From Mobula hypostoma (Eukaryota), in the NCBI RefSeq assembly GCF_963921235.1, contig NC_086097.1, positions 193,008,001 through 193,072,000 on the forward strand: DNA of 64,000 nucleotides, read 5' to 3'. The notes under the pieces were generated by a model, which was given only the letters and a program-made list of their open reading frames with translations, was not told where the DNA came from and searched no databases. Made by a program: the position numbers and the translations under genes. Of the stretch, positions 14,393 to 26,635 are shown one piece after another (position 1 is the stretch's first letter; each line of letters opens with the position of its first letter).

Positions 14393-15498
14393 TTGATAAC
14401 CTGTGGGTGAAATGGACTCTTAAAATATGAAAAACTATTATAAAAGAATATAAACTAGAGAGAGACATTGCAATTCTTAAATGGTATGCATATGACTCAG
14501 ATTTTACGCTGAATAAACTGGATGCTAGATTTAAGGACTGGAGCTAAAGGAATAACAGCTATTTGCAATACAATGAAAGAAGGAACAATGTTCAGTTTTG
14601 AAATGCTCAAAGAGAAACACTTATTAGAAAAACAAGACTTTTACCGGTATTTACAGATGTGACAGTATGTTAATAGGACAGTTAAAAATGTAACCAAGGC
14701 AAGTACATGTCTGATAGAGCTATTTAGAAAAGCATATAATTCAGACAACGGTGGCAGAATAATTTCAAGCATGTATAAGGGTTTGTCAAATCTTAAAACA
14801 CATTTGACTTCATACATTAAAACAAAATGGGAGAAGGATGGAGGGATAATAATATCTGAGGAAGACTGGACAATAATATGGAGGTATCAATGGAAGTGTA
14901 CCAGTTCACAGAAATGGAGGGAGTTCGGGTGGAAAAACTTGATAAGGTATTTTAATATACCCTCTCAGAAATCCCATTATGATAGTAACCTCCCTGCTTG
15001 CTGGAGAAATTGTGGAGATCAAAATGTAAACCATTATCATATTTTCTGGGAATGCCCCATTATCAAAGACTATTGGAGTGGGATACATAATGCCCTACAA
15101 GACATCTTTAAATGTGAAATACCCTTAGAGAGTAAGACCATATATTTTGGGTATATACCTCAAGAATGGTTGAAAAAAGATAAATATTTAATGAATGTAC
15201 TGCTGGTGGCTGGTAAAAAGACCCTTACCAGGAAATGGTTATCACAGGAGAGCCCAACTTTAAATATATGGATGGAAATTACAATGGACATTTACAAAAT
15301 AGAGAAGATAACAGCATCTGTTAATCATAAATTGGAACAATTTTATTCATAATGGAAAAAATGGTTTAACTACATAACACCTCATAGGCCTGATTTTATT
15401 CTCACAAGTCAATGAATATGTTGTAAAAAAAAAGATCACTCCCTATTTGTACATAGTTTTCTTCTTTCAATTGTTCTTTCTTTCCTCTCCTTTCTATA
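14393..15498 (+). mobile_element. L1/Tx1-clade LINE 3' fragment (ORF2 C-terminal zinc-binding region + partial 3'UTR)
   Basis: KWEKD...ISEEDW...CWRNCG...HIFWECP...YW...IYFG; no poly(A) tail retained. Confidence 0.85.
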
Positions 15499-16898
15499 GA
15501 GTTACAAAATACACGTGGACTAAGATGTTAACTGTCCTGTGCTATCACCAGTGGGATCATCAGTTGATCTGCCACCTGTCTTCAGGAGTTTTGGCCCACT
15601 TATGATCAAGACTCCCTCGAGGTGGTGGGCCAGCAGTGCTAAAGCACCACCTCCCACTGGTGAGCTTAAAAACTTGGCATCTGCCTCTATCAGAGTTGTT
15701 GGTCACTTCCATCCAACAGATAGTCTGCTCTTCAGGTGTCTATGCAACTACTGAAGGGTTTGCAAGATATGTATACACTGTCTGACTATCTGCTCCTCTA
15801 GACGTACTTGGTCCACACCCGTGCTGATCCTTTCTCTGCTGCCTCAGCTACAGCCCTGCTGGTTGACTTGATCTCTCTTCTAGTAAAGCCAAGGTCATGC
15901 AGTCACTTCTGGAGAGTGAACGCAATAAACCCACGGCAGCCTACTTCGAATGGATAGCATGAGACCTTCCACCCTTTGCCTCTGCACTCTGATCTTAATT
16001 CTGCATACTTGGTTAACTTGCGCTCATGGGCTTCATCGATGTTGTCTTCCCAGGGGACTGTGAGTTCAACAATAACCACTTCTCTGCTGGTGTCAGACCA
16101 TATGATTATATCTGGACGCAATGTGGTGAAAGCTATTTGCTCCGGGAAACTGCCTTTCCCATCCAGGTCGGCCGTGACACACCAATCATTGGCTGAAGAA
16201 AGTATGCTTGATCGTGAGCCTGCGCTGTACACCCTTGACTTGGAGCCTTCTATCACAAATGATATGCGATGTTCTGTGTAGCATGGGGCATGAGATAAGT
16301 TGTGCTGCAGTACTCTCTGCTCAACGGCTTCTGTTACAACTTTGAGAACGTTGTTATGTCTCCAAGTGTACATGCCGCTGGAAAGACTGACGCTGCATGC
16401 ACTCAAAATATGTTGAAGTGTTCCCTTCTCGCCACAAGCAGCACACCTGTCTGTCTTATCTTCGTACCAGGTGCTGAGGTTGGCAGGTGTTGGGAGCAGA
16501 TCATACGCTGCTCTGCATAGAAAAGAAATGCCGAGCGGTTCCAACTGCCACAGAACATTCCAAGATAGATGTCGTTGTTCAACACTTTCCCACCTGGTCC
16601 AAGCCCCTTGTTTGGCCAGGCCAGCTGTTTTAGCTAACTGCTTCTCCTCTTCTACCTCTCGTATTTCTTGTGTTATAAGTTCACGGCGCTCCTTACCTGT
16701 AGAAGATGACCACCACTTGTGGGTTGTCCATCCAAGTCCCTAGAGGCCCAGCTGGATAGCCCCAACCATCTCCTTGTGCTTCAATCTAGACTCTGCCTCA
16801 TCAACTGCTACACGGGCTGACCACTTCCTGCCTGATCTCACATCCGGCTGGGTGTTCTTGATGACAGGGTCTTTCGAGTCTCGAAGCAGCAGAATGTC
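15499..16898 (-). mobile_element. Hero-like RLE (restriction-like endonuclease) non-LTR retrotransposon, 5'-truncated
   Basis: YDLLPTPANL...CAACGEKGTLQHILSAC (CCHC)...YTWRHNNVL...LRPDIIIWS...VELTVPWE...ERKLTKY...PFEVGCRGF; upstream VRSGRKWSA. Confidence 0.85.
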
Positions 16899-17099
16899 TA
16901 ACAGTGGCATACTATGTTGGAACCTCTGGTGTTACAGGTTATAAGTTGATGGTAATAGGGCAGGTATTTCCTCAAACAAGCTTTGTTGAAGTCTTTGACT
17001 CTGATTTGCAATCTTTCAGGTGGACTGTTTCTTGTTTGATTCAAGAGAACATTAAGCATAAAATGACAAATATGAATGCTCCACATGCTAACTGATGAT

Positions 17100-17950
17100 A
17101 ACCTCTAGTTTCAAGCATGGATGGCATTTTCCAAAATTGTATAGATTCCATTTTTAAAAGAAAAGGGGAGTTTACATGTGTTGAACGAATGTGTTGTTTA
17201 GTTCATTATTGAGGTTAAGCTGACGTAAAACTGAAAAAAAATGAATCTGATCAGCCATGGATTTGTAAAGGGTAGTTTGAAGGCCTGATAAACATGAGTG
17301 ATTTATTTTGAAAAGAGGACCGAAGTCTGGAAAGGAAAATATTGCTTACATTGACTTCCAGAAAGCACCTAATACAATTAGTCAGTTCAGTTGAACTTCA
17401 TAGAATTAAGTACAATTTATTGACCTGACTTTAAGATGTAAGAGAAAAGGACAATAACTAGATTATGACCGATAAGGCTTCACAAGAATCTGTGTTAGAG
17501 TCACAATTCAACATATTTATAAATTACGTTGTGATGGGATGAAAAAGCATGTATCCAAATAAACTCCAATATTGGCAAATGTAGGTATCCAACTGAAAAG
17601 ATGCAGTAGAGATTTTGCCAAATAATGAATGTTAGAAGTAGATTAAAGGAAATATGAAACTCCATGTGGCTAGATTAATAAAATTCTATGCATAGATCCA
17701 AAAAGAACAATGCAAAGATACTAATGGAGTAAAGGGGGAAAGTGGTTTTAACATTGCTATGTTAAGATCTTACCGAACTGGAATACTGTATGAGAGGCTA
17801 TGATTGAGGCATAGAATCGGAATGGTTTTGATAGGATGGATGTGCAGAACATATTTTGTCTAGAACAAGGGGTCATGGTTTAAAGTTGACAACTCAATTT
17901 AGAGTGATGGTAAAAGTATGCCTAATCTGTGTGCTATTTTCTCAGGATTT
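17100..17950 (+). mobile_element. highly decayed CR1 RT relic
   Basis: Remnants such as cagccatggatttgtaaagggtag, attgacttccagaaagc, ctggaatactgt, tctagaacaaggggtcat. Confidence 0.55.
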
Positions 17951-18360
17951 TCAGTGCATGGGAAAATTAATGATATTTGAAAAAGTTACTTCAACAATTA
18001 AGTTACTTTTCAAATGTACAATAACCAACCACTGATCTCAAAATAAATGAGATTGTACTTTTAAATAATTGTCTGAAACCTGATTAAAACATAATCTGAA
18101 CTTTGTCAAAGAAGTTCATTTAATACAGCTAAGAATAAGATGGTGGAGATTGTTTTAATTGCATCCCTTATCAGCTTCTTGTATGTGTGTAAAGGTTTAG
18201 GGAATAGAAAATGTTTTCAAGAATTCAATGATATTTTTATTGGAGGACCGCCATGTTACTCACTAATTGTTTCATTTTATGATTTTTAGGGCTTTCTCAA
18301 GACACCTCTTGATACTAGCTACAGGTATTAAATGACTTGGGAAAAGTCTGAGTCACGACA

Positions 18361-19317
18361 ATGAAAGGGTTATCGAGCAGCCGAGGCCACCTTCATACAG
18401 CCAACTGTGACCTTTCATATGATGCACTTTCCCATCAACAGGAAAGGAAGCCATACATAATCAGTCCAGTTAACTCCCAGCCTGGGGAGCATTCATATTA
18501 CTCCCAGCGGAACTCTTTTCACTCAGACTGCACCGTTCCACTCAATGACCAAATATCCAGCAGTACTTTTCCCAGAAGACATTATAGTTCACATCATGAT
18601 CTCAAGGATGAATGTGCCCTCGTGCCTGCACCCACATCCAATAAAATTAATCGGATACCTGCTAATCTCCTGGACCAGTTTGAAAGGCAGCTCCCAATCC
18701 GCCGGGATGGCTTCCATACATTGCAGTATAAACGGTCAGCCCTGGAACAGCGAAGTGAAAGTCCAGGACGGATACGCCATCTGGTCCATTCAGTGCAGAA
18801 GTTGTTTACCAAGTCCCATTCTCTGGAAGGTCCTTCCAAGGGAAATATAAATGGCCATAAAGCAAATTCCGATGAGGTGCATGCTGTGAAACGTGGGAAA
18901 CGGAGCAAGAGCAGAGAAAGGAAGTCAGAATTGAAGAACAAATCTAACATTTCAAGTTGGTGGAGCTCAGAGGATAACCTGGATGGTGATGTATGCCTTT
19001 ATCATGGACCGACAAACGTGATGACCATGGGTCGATGTCCTGACCGCTCAGCATCCCAGTACTTCATGGAAGCTTACAATACCATCAGTGAACAGACCTT
19101 GAAATCTTCCCGCAGCAATAATGACATGAAGTGCACAACTTGTGTAAATATTCCCCTGAACGTTGATGCACAGATCATGAAGAAAAGCTCGTGGTCTTCA
19201 ACTTTAACTGTCAGCCGAGCCCATGAAGTTTATCAGAAATCCTCAGTGAACCTTGATAATAAAACTCTCATGAAATCAGAAACATGCCAGCAAGAACGTT
19301 CATGCCAGTATCTCCAG
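18361..19317 (+). CDS. DLGAP1: DLGAP1 (SAPAP1/GKAP) first coding exon, 319 codons; exon probably starts at 18290 with 71 nt of 5'UTR
   Basis: MKGLSSSR...SSTFPRRHY...NRIPANLLDQFERQLP...SPGRIRHLVHSVQKLFTKSHSLEG...WSSTLTVSRA...QERSCQYLQ matches the DLGAP1 N-terminus as recalled; donor CAG|GTATGC at 19317/19318 (phase 0); acceptor tttttAG at 18288-18289. Confidence 0.96.
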
Positions 19318-20566
19318 GTATGCATCAAAACAGTGTATGTCAGGAGTGATTAAAGTTGCAACCCTCATTTATAAACTGAATTGGTTTGGAATGCAGGGGC
19401 CATGTTTGTTGAACACAACAACATTAGTACAGTAGACCCATAAAGTTCCTGTTAATGCATTGGAAAAAGGTTATCAAGAGGTACTGCTTTCATAAAATGT
19501 CCTGGGCAAATTATGTTTCGTCTGTTTATATTGGCACAAGTTATATAATAATGCATCCTAGCACCTTTGTTATGAGCCTTTAATGATATACAAAGCTGGG
19601 AAATTTTATGAAAAGAAGCAAATACTTATTCAGCTTCAGTTTGTTGCCAGTAATAAGTACTCTTGAATTGCTCAATTGATGGTAGATATAAACTTACTTA
19701 AAATCCCCCTTCTTAGATGTCTTCAAGCTAATTCTCTATATCACATTTTCTGACAGAATCTTCAGTCATTTTTACTCATAGGTAATCTCTGCACTATAGA
19801 ATTTTCTGGAAAACTTTGAGAAAATCAAAATAAGAGTGGAATGGTATCAATTCTTTTCCCCAGACAACTTAAATGCATCAGATTTATTCTATTTTTAACG
19901 TCAAAATATCATTGAGTAGGAACTTCTTTTGCTCATTTGCATTGCCCATAAAATACATTAACCAATAGCTCCCTAAGCATATTGTCATAGATCAAATTCA
20001 TTCAAAAATCTAGTAAAAGAGGACTTCATGCATTTATGCCACTTCTTACCACAGATTTTAGAGTTTATAGATAATAAATCACTATTTTCAATATTTCATA
20101 GATTATTTTTGTTCCTCCATTTTAAAATTGCTTCTTTGAATGTTTTAATGGCATTAGATCCTGCTAACTTTAAAAAATACAGACAAGTCATGATTGTGTT
20201 TTATTATAAATATGACTGTTCTTAATGTGGACTAATGATGTTTTAATTACTTCAAACTGTAATTTAAAAACAATAATAAGACAGAAGTGATTTTAAGGGA
20301 AAAATTTGTGTCACATTTATTATTTTCCTGTTTTTTTCTATTTCCATTCTATATTGGGAAATAAGTTATGTAAGAGAATAAAGAAATGGCAGAAAAACTG
20401 GGTAAGTATTTTGTGTCTGTCCTCACAGAAGCCTTTCAGAGATAGTGGAGAGCAATGGGTCTGCAGTGCAAGAAGAGCTTAATTAATTAGAACTTGTTTT
20501 TAAAAACAGCGCATTAGCAAAATTACTGTGAGTGAAAACCTATAAATTCTCAGAAGCGGATGATCC

Positions 20567-23500
20567 TCAGAATCAGAATCAGATTTATCATCATTTACAT
20601 ATGATGTGAAATTTGTTCTTTTGCAGTTGTAGCACAGTGCAAAGACGTCAAAGTCTATAAATTACAAAAGTAAAATAAATGATACAAAATATAAGAAATA
20701 ACGAAGTACTATTCATTACTAATAGCTTCAATATCATATTTCCAGGGAGCAATCCACGCTCTAAGCTCATCCACCTTTCTTACAATGCTCCTAGCATTAA
20801 AATAGATGCATTTAAGAAACTCTCCACCTCTTACCCTCTTTTTATCCTTAATGGAGCAAAGAACTTTGTTACCTTTTTCTTCCTTGTCCCCTACATCTTT
20901 GGTCTGAGTGCTCCTGATCTCTGTCCCCTGCCTATCCTCCCTCACACACTGTCTACTAGCTTTCTCTATTTGTGAACTAACCTCCTCTCTCCTAGTCTCT
21001 TTAATTTGATTCCCACCGCCCAGCCATTCTAGTTTAAAGTCACCTCAGTAACCCTCGCAAATCAATATCAGGATATTGGTCCCCCTAGGATTCAAGTGTA
21101 ACCTGTCCTTTATGTACAGGTCACATCTGTGTCAAAAGAGGTCCCAATGATCCAAAAACTTGAATCCCTGCCCCCTGCTCCAATCCCTCAGCCACGCATT
21201 TATCCTCCACCTCATTGCATTCCTACTCTCACTGTCACGTAGCACAGGCAGTAATCCCGAGATTATTACCTTTGCGGTCCTTTTTCTCAACTCCCTTCCT
21301 AACTCCCTATATTCTCCTTTCAGGACCTCTCCCCTTTTCCTACCTATGTCATTGGTACCTATATGTACCACAACCTCTGGCTCCTCTCCCTCCCACTTCA
21401 GGATATCTTGGACACGATCAGAAATATCCCGGACCCTGGCACCAGGGAGGCAAACTACCATCTGGGTCTCTGGACTGCGTCCACAGAATCGCCTATCTGA
21501 CCCCCTTACTATCAAGTCCCCTATTACTACTGCCCTCTGCTTCCTTTCCCTACCCTTCTGAGCTACAGGGCCGGAATCTGTGCCGGAGGCACAGAAATAT
21601 GATGTTGTAGCTGTTAGTGAAACGTGGTTGCAGGAGGGGTGTGATTGGCAACTAAATATTCCAGGATTTCGTTGATTCAGGTGTGATAGAATAGGGGGGG
21701 CAAGAGGGGAAGGTGTTGCATTGCTTGTCAGAGAAAATATAACAGCGGTCCTCTGGCAGGATAGATTAGTCAACTCCTCCAGGGAGGCTATTTGGGTGGA
21801 ACTGAGTTATAGGAAAGGTGGAGTGACGCTTATAGGGGTGCATTATAGACCACCTAATGGGGACCGAGAACTGGAGGAGAAAATTTGTAAGGAGATAGCA
21901 GATATTTGCAGAAACCACAAGGTTGTGATTGTGGGAGATTTTAATTTTCCATACATTGACCAGGAAGCCCATTCTGTAAAAGGGCTGGATGATTTGGAGT
22001 TTGTCAATTGTGTGCAAGATAGTTTTTTGCAGCAATACATAGAAGTGCCAACTAGAGAAGGGACAGTGTTGGATCTCCTGTTAGGGAATGAGATAGGGCA
22101 GATGACGGAGGTATGTGTTGGGGAGCACTTCGGGTCCAGCGATCACAATACCATTAGTTTCAATATAATTATGGAGAAGGATAGGACTGCACCCAGGATT
22201 GAGATTTTTGATTGGAGAAAGGTTAACTTTGAGGAGATGCAAAAGGATTTAGAAGGAGTGGAGTGAGACAATTTGTTTTATGGGAAGGATGTAATAGAGA
22301 AATGGAGGTCACTTAAAGGTGAAATTTTGAGGGTACAGGATCTTTATGTTCCCGTTAGGTTGAAAGGAAAGGTTAAAAGTTTGAGAGAGCCATGGTTTTC
22401 AACGGATATAGGACACTTGGTTTGGAAAAAGAGAGGGATTTACAATAAATATAGGCAGCTTGGAGTTAATGAGGTGCTCGAGGAATATAAAGAATGTAAA
22501 AAGAATCTTAAGAAAGAAATTAGAAAAGCTGAAAGAAGATACGAGGCAGCTTTAGCAAGTAAGGTGAAAATAAATCCAAAACGTTTCTACAGTTATTTAA
22601 ATAGCAAAAGGATAATGAGGGATAAAATTGGTCCCTTAGAGAATCAGAGTGGACAGCTATGTGTGGAGCCAAAAGAGATGGGGGAGATCTTGAACAATTT
22701 CTTTTCTTCGGTATTCACTAAGGAGAAGGATATTGAATTGTGTAAGGTAAAGGAAACAAGAAGGGTTGTTATGGAAAGTGTGACGATTAAAGAAGAGGAA
22801 GTACTGGTGCTTTTAAGGAATATAAAAGTGGATAAGTCTCCGGGTCCGGACAAGATATTCCCTAGGACCTTGAGGGAAGTTAGTGTGGAAATAGCAGGGG
22901 CTCTGACAGAAATATTTCAAACGTCATTAGAAACAGGGATGGTGCCGGAGGATTGGCATATTGCTCATATTGTTCCATTGTTTAAAAAGGGTTCTAAGAG
23001 TAAACCTAGCAATTATTGGCCTGTGAGTTTGACGTCAGTGGTGGGTAAATTGATGGAAAGTGTTCTTAGAGATGGTATATATAATTATCTGGATAGACAG
23101 GGTCTGATTAGGAACAGTCAACATAGATTTGTGCGTGGAAGGTCATGTTTGACAAATCTTATTGAATTTTTTGATGAGGTTACTAGGAAAGTTGACAAGG
23201 GTAAAGCGGTGGATGTTGTCTATATGGACTTCAGTAAGGCCTTTGACAAGGTTCCACACGGAAGGTTAATTAGGAAGGTTCAATCGTTAGGCATTAATAT
23301 CGAAGCAGTAAAATGGATTCAGCAGTGGCTGGATGGGAGACGCCAGAGAGTAGTGGAGGATAACTGTTTGTCAGATTGGAGGATGGTGTGTAGCGGTGTG
23401 CCTCAGGGATCTGTACTGGGTCCAATGTTGTTTGTCATATATATTAATGATCTGGATGATGGGGTGGTAAATTGGATGAGTAAGTATGCAGATGATACTA

Positions 23501-24900
23501 AGATAGGTGGTGTTGTGGATCATGAAGTAGGTTTTCAAAGCTTGCAGAGAGATTTAGGCCAGTTAGAAGAGTGGGCTGAAAGATGGCAGATGGGGTTTAA
23601 TGCTGAAAAATGTGAGGTGCTACATTTTGGTAGGACTAATCAAAATAGGACATACATGGTAAATATTAGGGCATTGAAGAATGCTGTAGAACAGAGGGAT
23701 CTAGGAATAATGGTGCATGGTTCCCTGAAGGTGGAATCTCAAGTGGATAGGGTGGTGAAGAAAGCTTTTGGTATGCTGGCCTTTATTAATCAGAGCATTG
23801 AGTATAGGAGTTGGGATGTAATGTTGAAATTGTATAAGGCATTGGTAAGGCCAAATTTGGAGTATTGTGTACAGTTCTGGTCACCGAATTATAGGAAAGA
23901 TGTCAATAAAATTGAGAGAGTACAGAGGAGGTTTAGTAAAATGTTCCCTGGGTTTCATCTCCTAAATTACAGAGAAAGGTTGAACAAGTTAGGTCTTTAT
24001 TCTTTGGAGCGTAGAAGGTTGAGGGGGGCTTGATAGAGGTGTTTAAAATTATGAGGGGGATAGATAGAGTTGATAACGATAGGCTTTTTCCATTGACAGT
24101 GGGGGAGATTCAAATAAAAGGACATGAGTTGAGAGCTAAAGGGCAAAAGTTTAGGGGTAACATGAGGGGGAACTTCTTTACTCGGAGAGTGGTGGCTGTG
24201 TGGAATGAGCTTCCAGCAGAAGTGGTTGAGGCAGGTTCGATGTTGTCGATTAAAGTTAAATTGGATAGATATATGGACAGGAAGGGAAGGGAGGGTTATG
24301 GACCAACTGCAGGTCGGTGAGACTAGGTGAGAGTAGGAGTTTGGCATGGACTAGAAGGGCCGAGATGGCCTGTTTCCGTGCTGTAAATTTTTATATTGTT
24401 ATATATGGTTATATGTTTATTCATGGGTTCATGGGTTATTCAGAAATCTGATGATGGAAGAAAAGAACCTATTCCTAACTTATGGAGTGTGGGTCTTCGG
24501 GCTCCTGCACCTCCTCCCTGATTGTATTAACAAGAAGAGAGCATGTCTAAGATGATAAGTGTCCTTAATGATGGATGCCACCTTATCGAAGTACCACCTC
24601 TTGAAAATGTCCTCACTGGAGGGTAGGGCTGTGCCCATGAAGGATCTGGTTGTGTCTATAACTCTCCTCTTGTGATCCTGTGAATTGAACGTTTCATGCC
24701 AGGCTGTGATGTAACCAGTTAGAATGCTTTCCACCACACTCCTACAATAATTTAAAATGTCTTTGGTAACATACCAAGTCTCTTCAAGCTTCATCACAAC
24801 TGCCTCAATGCCTACGAATTTGAAGCTGCTTACCCTTTCCTCCACTGACAGCTCATTGAGGACTGCTGTGTATTCTCCCACCATCCCTTTCCTGAATTGC
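20567..24900 (-). mobile_element. Rex1/Babar 3' fragment (20567-20716 and 24418-~24900) split by the inverted CR1
   Basis: Tail cagaatcagaatc; minus ORF VERVSSFKFVG...SVVESILTGYITAW...SGRR. Confidence 0.75.
20717..24417 (+). mobile_element. CR1 LINE (second subfamily) with inverted 5' part
   Basis: 20717-~21590 on minus strand = ORF1 esterase + start of ORF2; ~21594-24320 on plus strand = ORF2 with stops near 21674 and 22264 and a frameshift near 24030; YADD; ttatat-rich tail; TSD tattcat at 20710-20716 and 24418-24424. Confidence 0.92.
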
Positions 24901-25222
24901 CAAAATATCATCCTGAATCTTCATTCCAAAGTATTGAAAGAGTTAGCTGTGATAGTGATTTCATCTTCCAAAGTTCCATAGATTTTAGAACAATTCTTAC
25001 ATATTGGGAGGAAGCAAAAGTAATCCCACCATTTAAGAAATAAGGGAAATAGAAAATGGAGGACTATAGACCAGTTCGCCCAGTGTCATTAATAGGGAAA
25101 ATGTCAAATGAATTATCAGGGAGTAATAATATAGCAGGGTCAATATGGATTTATAGAAGTGGAAACCTATTAGAGTTTTTTTAGGTTTAACAAGCAGAGT
25201 AATTAAGGGAGAACCAATGGAT

Positions 25223-25506
25223 GACCATAAGATATAGGAGCAGAATTAGGCCATCTGGCCCATTGAGTCTGCTCTGCCATTCAATCTTTGCCAGTATTTT
25301 TCTCTTCTCCTCCTCAACCCCAGTTCCCGGCCTTCTCCCCGTAACTTTTGACGCCATGTCCAATCAAGAACCTATCAATCTCTGCCTTAAATACACCCAA
25401 TGTCCTGGCCTCCACAGCTGCATGTGGCAACAAATTCCACAAATTCACCACATTCTGACTAAAGAAATTTCTCCTCATCTCTGTTTTGAAAGGGCATCCC
25501 TCTATT
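25223..25506 (-). mobile_element. CR1 3' end inserted in an older + strand CR1 relic (~24910-25860)
   Basis: FKTEMRRNFFSQNVVNLWNLLP; tail gaccataagatatagg. Confidence 0.8.
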
Positions 25507-26452
25507 GCAATGTACTTGGACTTGCAGAAGTTCTTTCTTAAGGTGAAACACAAGAGATTATAGAACAAAGTTTTTTTTTAACACATGGAATTGTAGGAAA
25601 TATACGAATTGTGACTAAGAATTTGGTAATGGATGGAGAATAAAGAAGAAATAAACTTCAAGGAGGTTGTAATCTGTAGGATGCCATGGGGACTGGTGTT
25701 GAGTCACAGCTGTTCACAATCATTTCCTGTAATTAAGGGATGAAGCGTATGATATCCAATTTTGTTGATAATAGATGAGCTAAATGTCAGTGCAGATTGT
25801 GAAGAAGATACAAAGAGTCTTCAGGTTCTAAGTGGATGGGTGATAACATAACAAATGAAATAGTCTCTTTGAAGTTGCTCACAATAACTGAATAGTGGAG
25901 AATTCAGTGAAGAGGTAGGTGAAAGCCCTCCATAAGTAAAGCAGAATGCTCAAACCCTTACCTGGCTTAAAGGTGGATAACATGCCAGGATTTATCCTAT
26001 GTCCAAGATGAGAAGTGTCCTTAATGATGGATGCCACCTTATTGAAGCACCACCTCTTGCAAGTGTCCTCAGTGGTGGGGAGGGTAGGTAAATGAACAAT
26101 AATAATTACGCTCCATTGCAGTGCTCGTCATATCCTTATGGAGCTGGATTTAACCCAATTGCTTGAAACCTGCTTTTCCTGAGCCCATCTGCTTATTTTG
26201 TTTAAATAACTCTGATTTAATCTGTTCACTATTTATGACTTACTAGTACCTTTTCAAAAAAATTTGCAGTGTTACAAAGGTTTGAATGGTAGGAACAGCA
26301 GGAAATGTACAACAAAGTGTTTACAGCTCTGTTCTACAGCACTTTACTACTCACTGGCTCTAGAAAATATTTTCTTGTCATTTGTCCTCATCAGCAAAAA
26401 AAATTAAGTAACCCCCGAAATTTCAAAGGAGTTGAATTGACTGGATTTGCTC

Positions 26453-26635
26453 CCCCTTCTCCCACATTCTTAGTTTGGCTTCTTCTCCTTTCCATTCCAG
26501 TCCTGATGAAGAGCCTCTACCGAGAAGTTCAACTGTTTATTAATTTCTATAGACGCTGCCTGACCTGCTGAGATCCTCCAGCATTTTGTGTGTGTTGCTC
26601 TAGATTTTCAGCATTTGTAGAATCTCTTGTGTCTG
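26453..26635 (+). mobile_element. Penelope-like pseudo-LTR fragment with degenerate hammerhead
   Basis: cagtcctgatgaag...gacgctgcctgacctgctgag...ccagcattttgtgtgtgttgc; GAAAC core not intact. Confidence 0.75.

Larger units (their letters stand above)
8411..17000 (-). mobile_element. Rex1/Babar-like LINE in three pieces (8411-9371, 13067-14392, 16899-~17000)
   Basis: Minus strand: tail at 8411, KFADDT at ~9350-9370, [12 protein letters not shown] and YDC([10 protein letters not shown]) at ~13070-13160, EN motifs HFGKSDHLAVLL (~14340) and DFNKACL...TCNTRG (16900-16995); the frame rejoins across the insertions. Confidence 0.85.

Noticed and set aside
19318..19353. C-terminus VCIKTVYVRSD of the 330-aa ORF
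   Set aside because: Read-through into the intron past the donor at 19318
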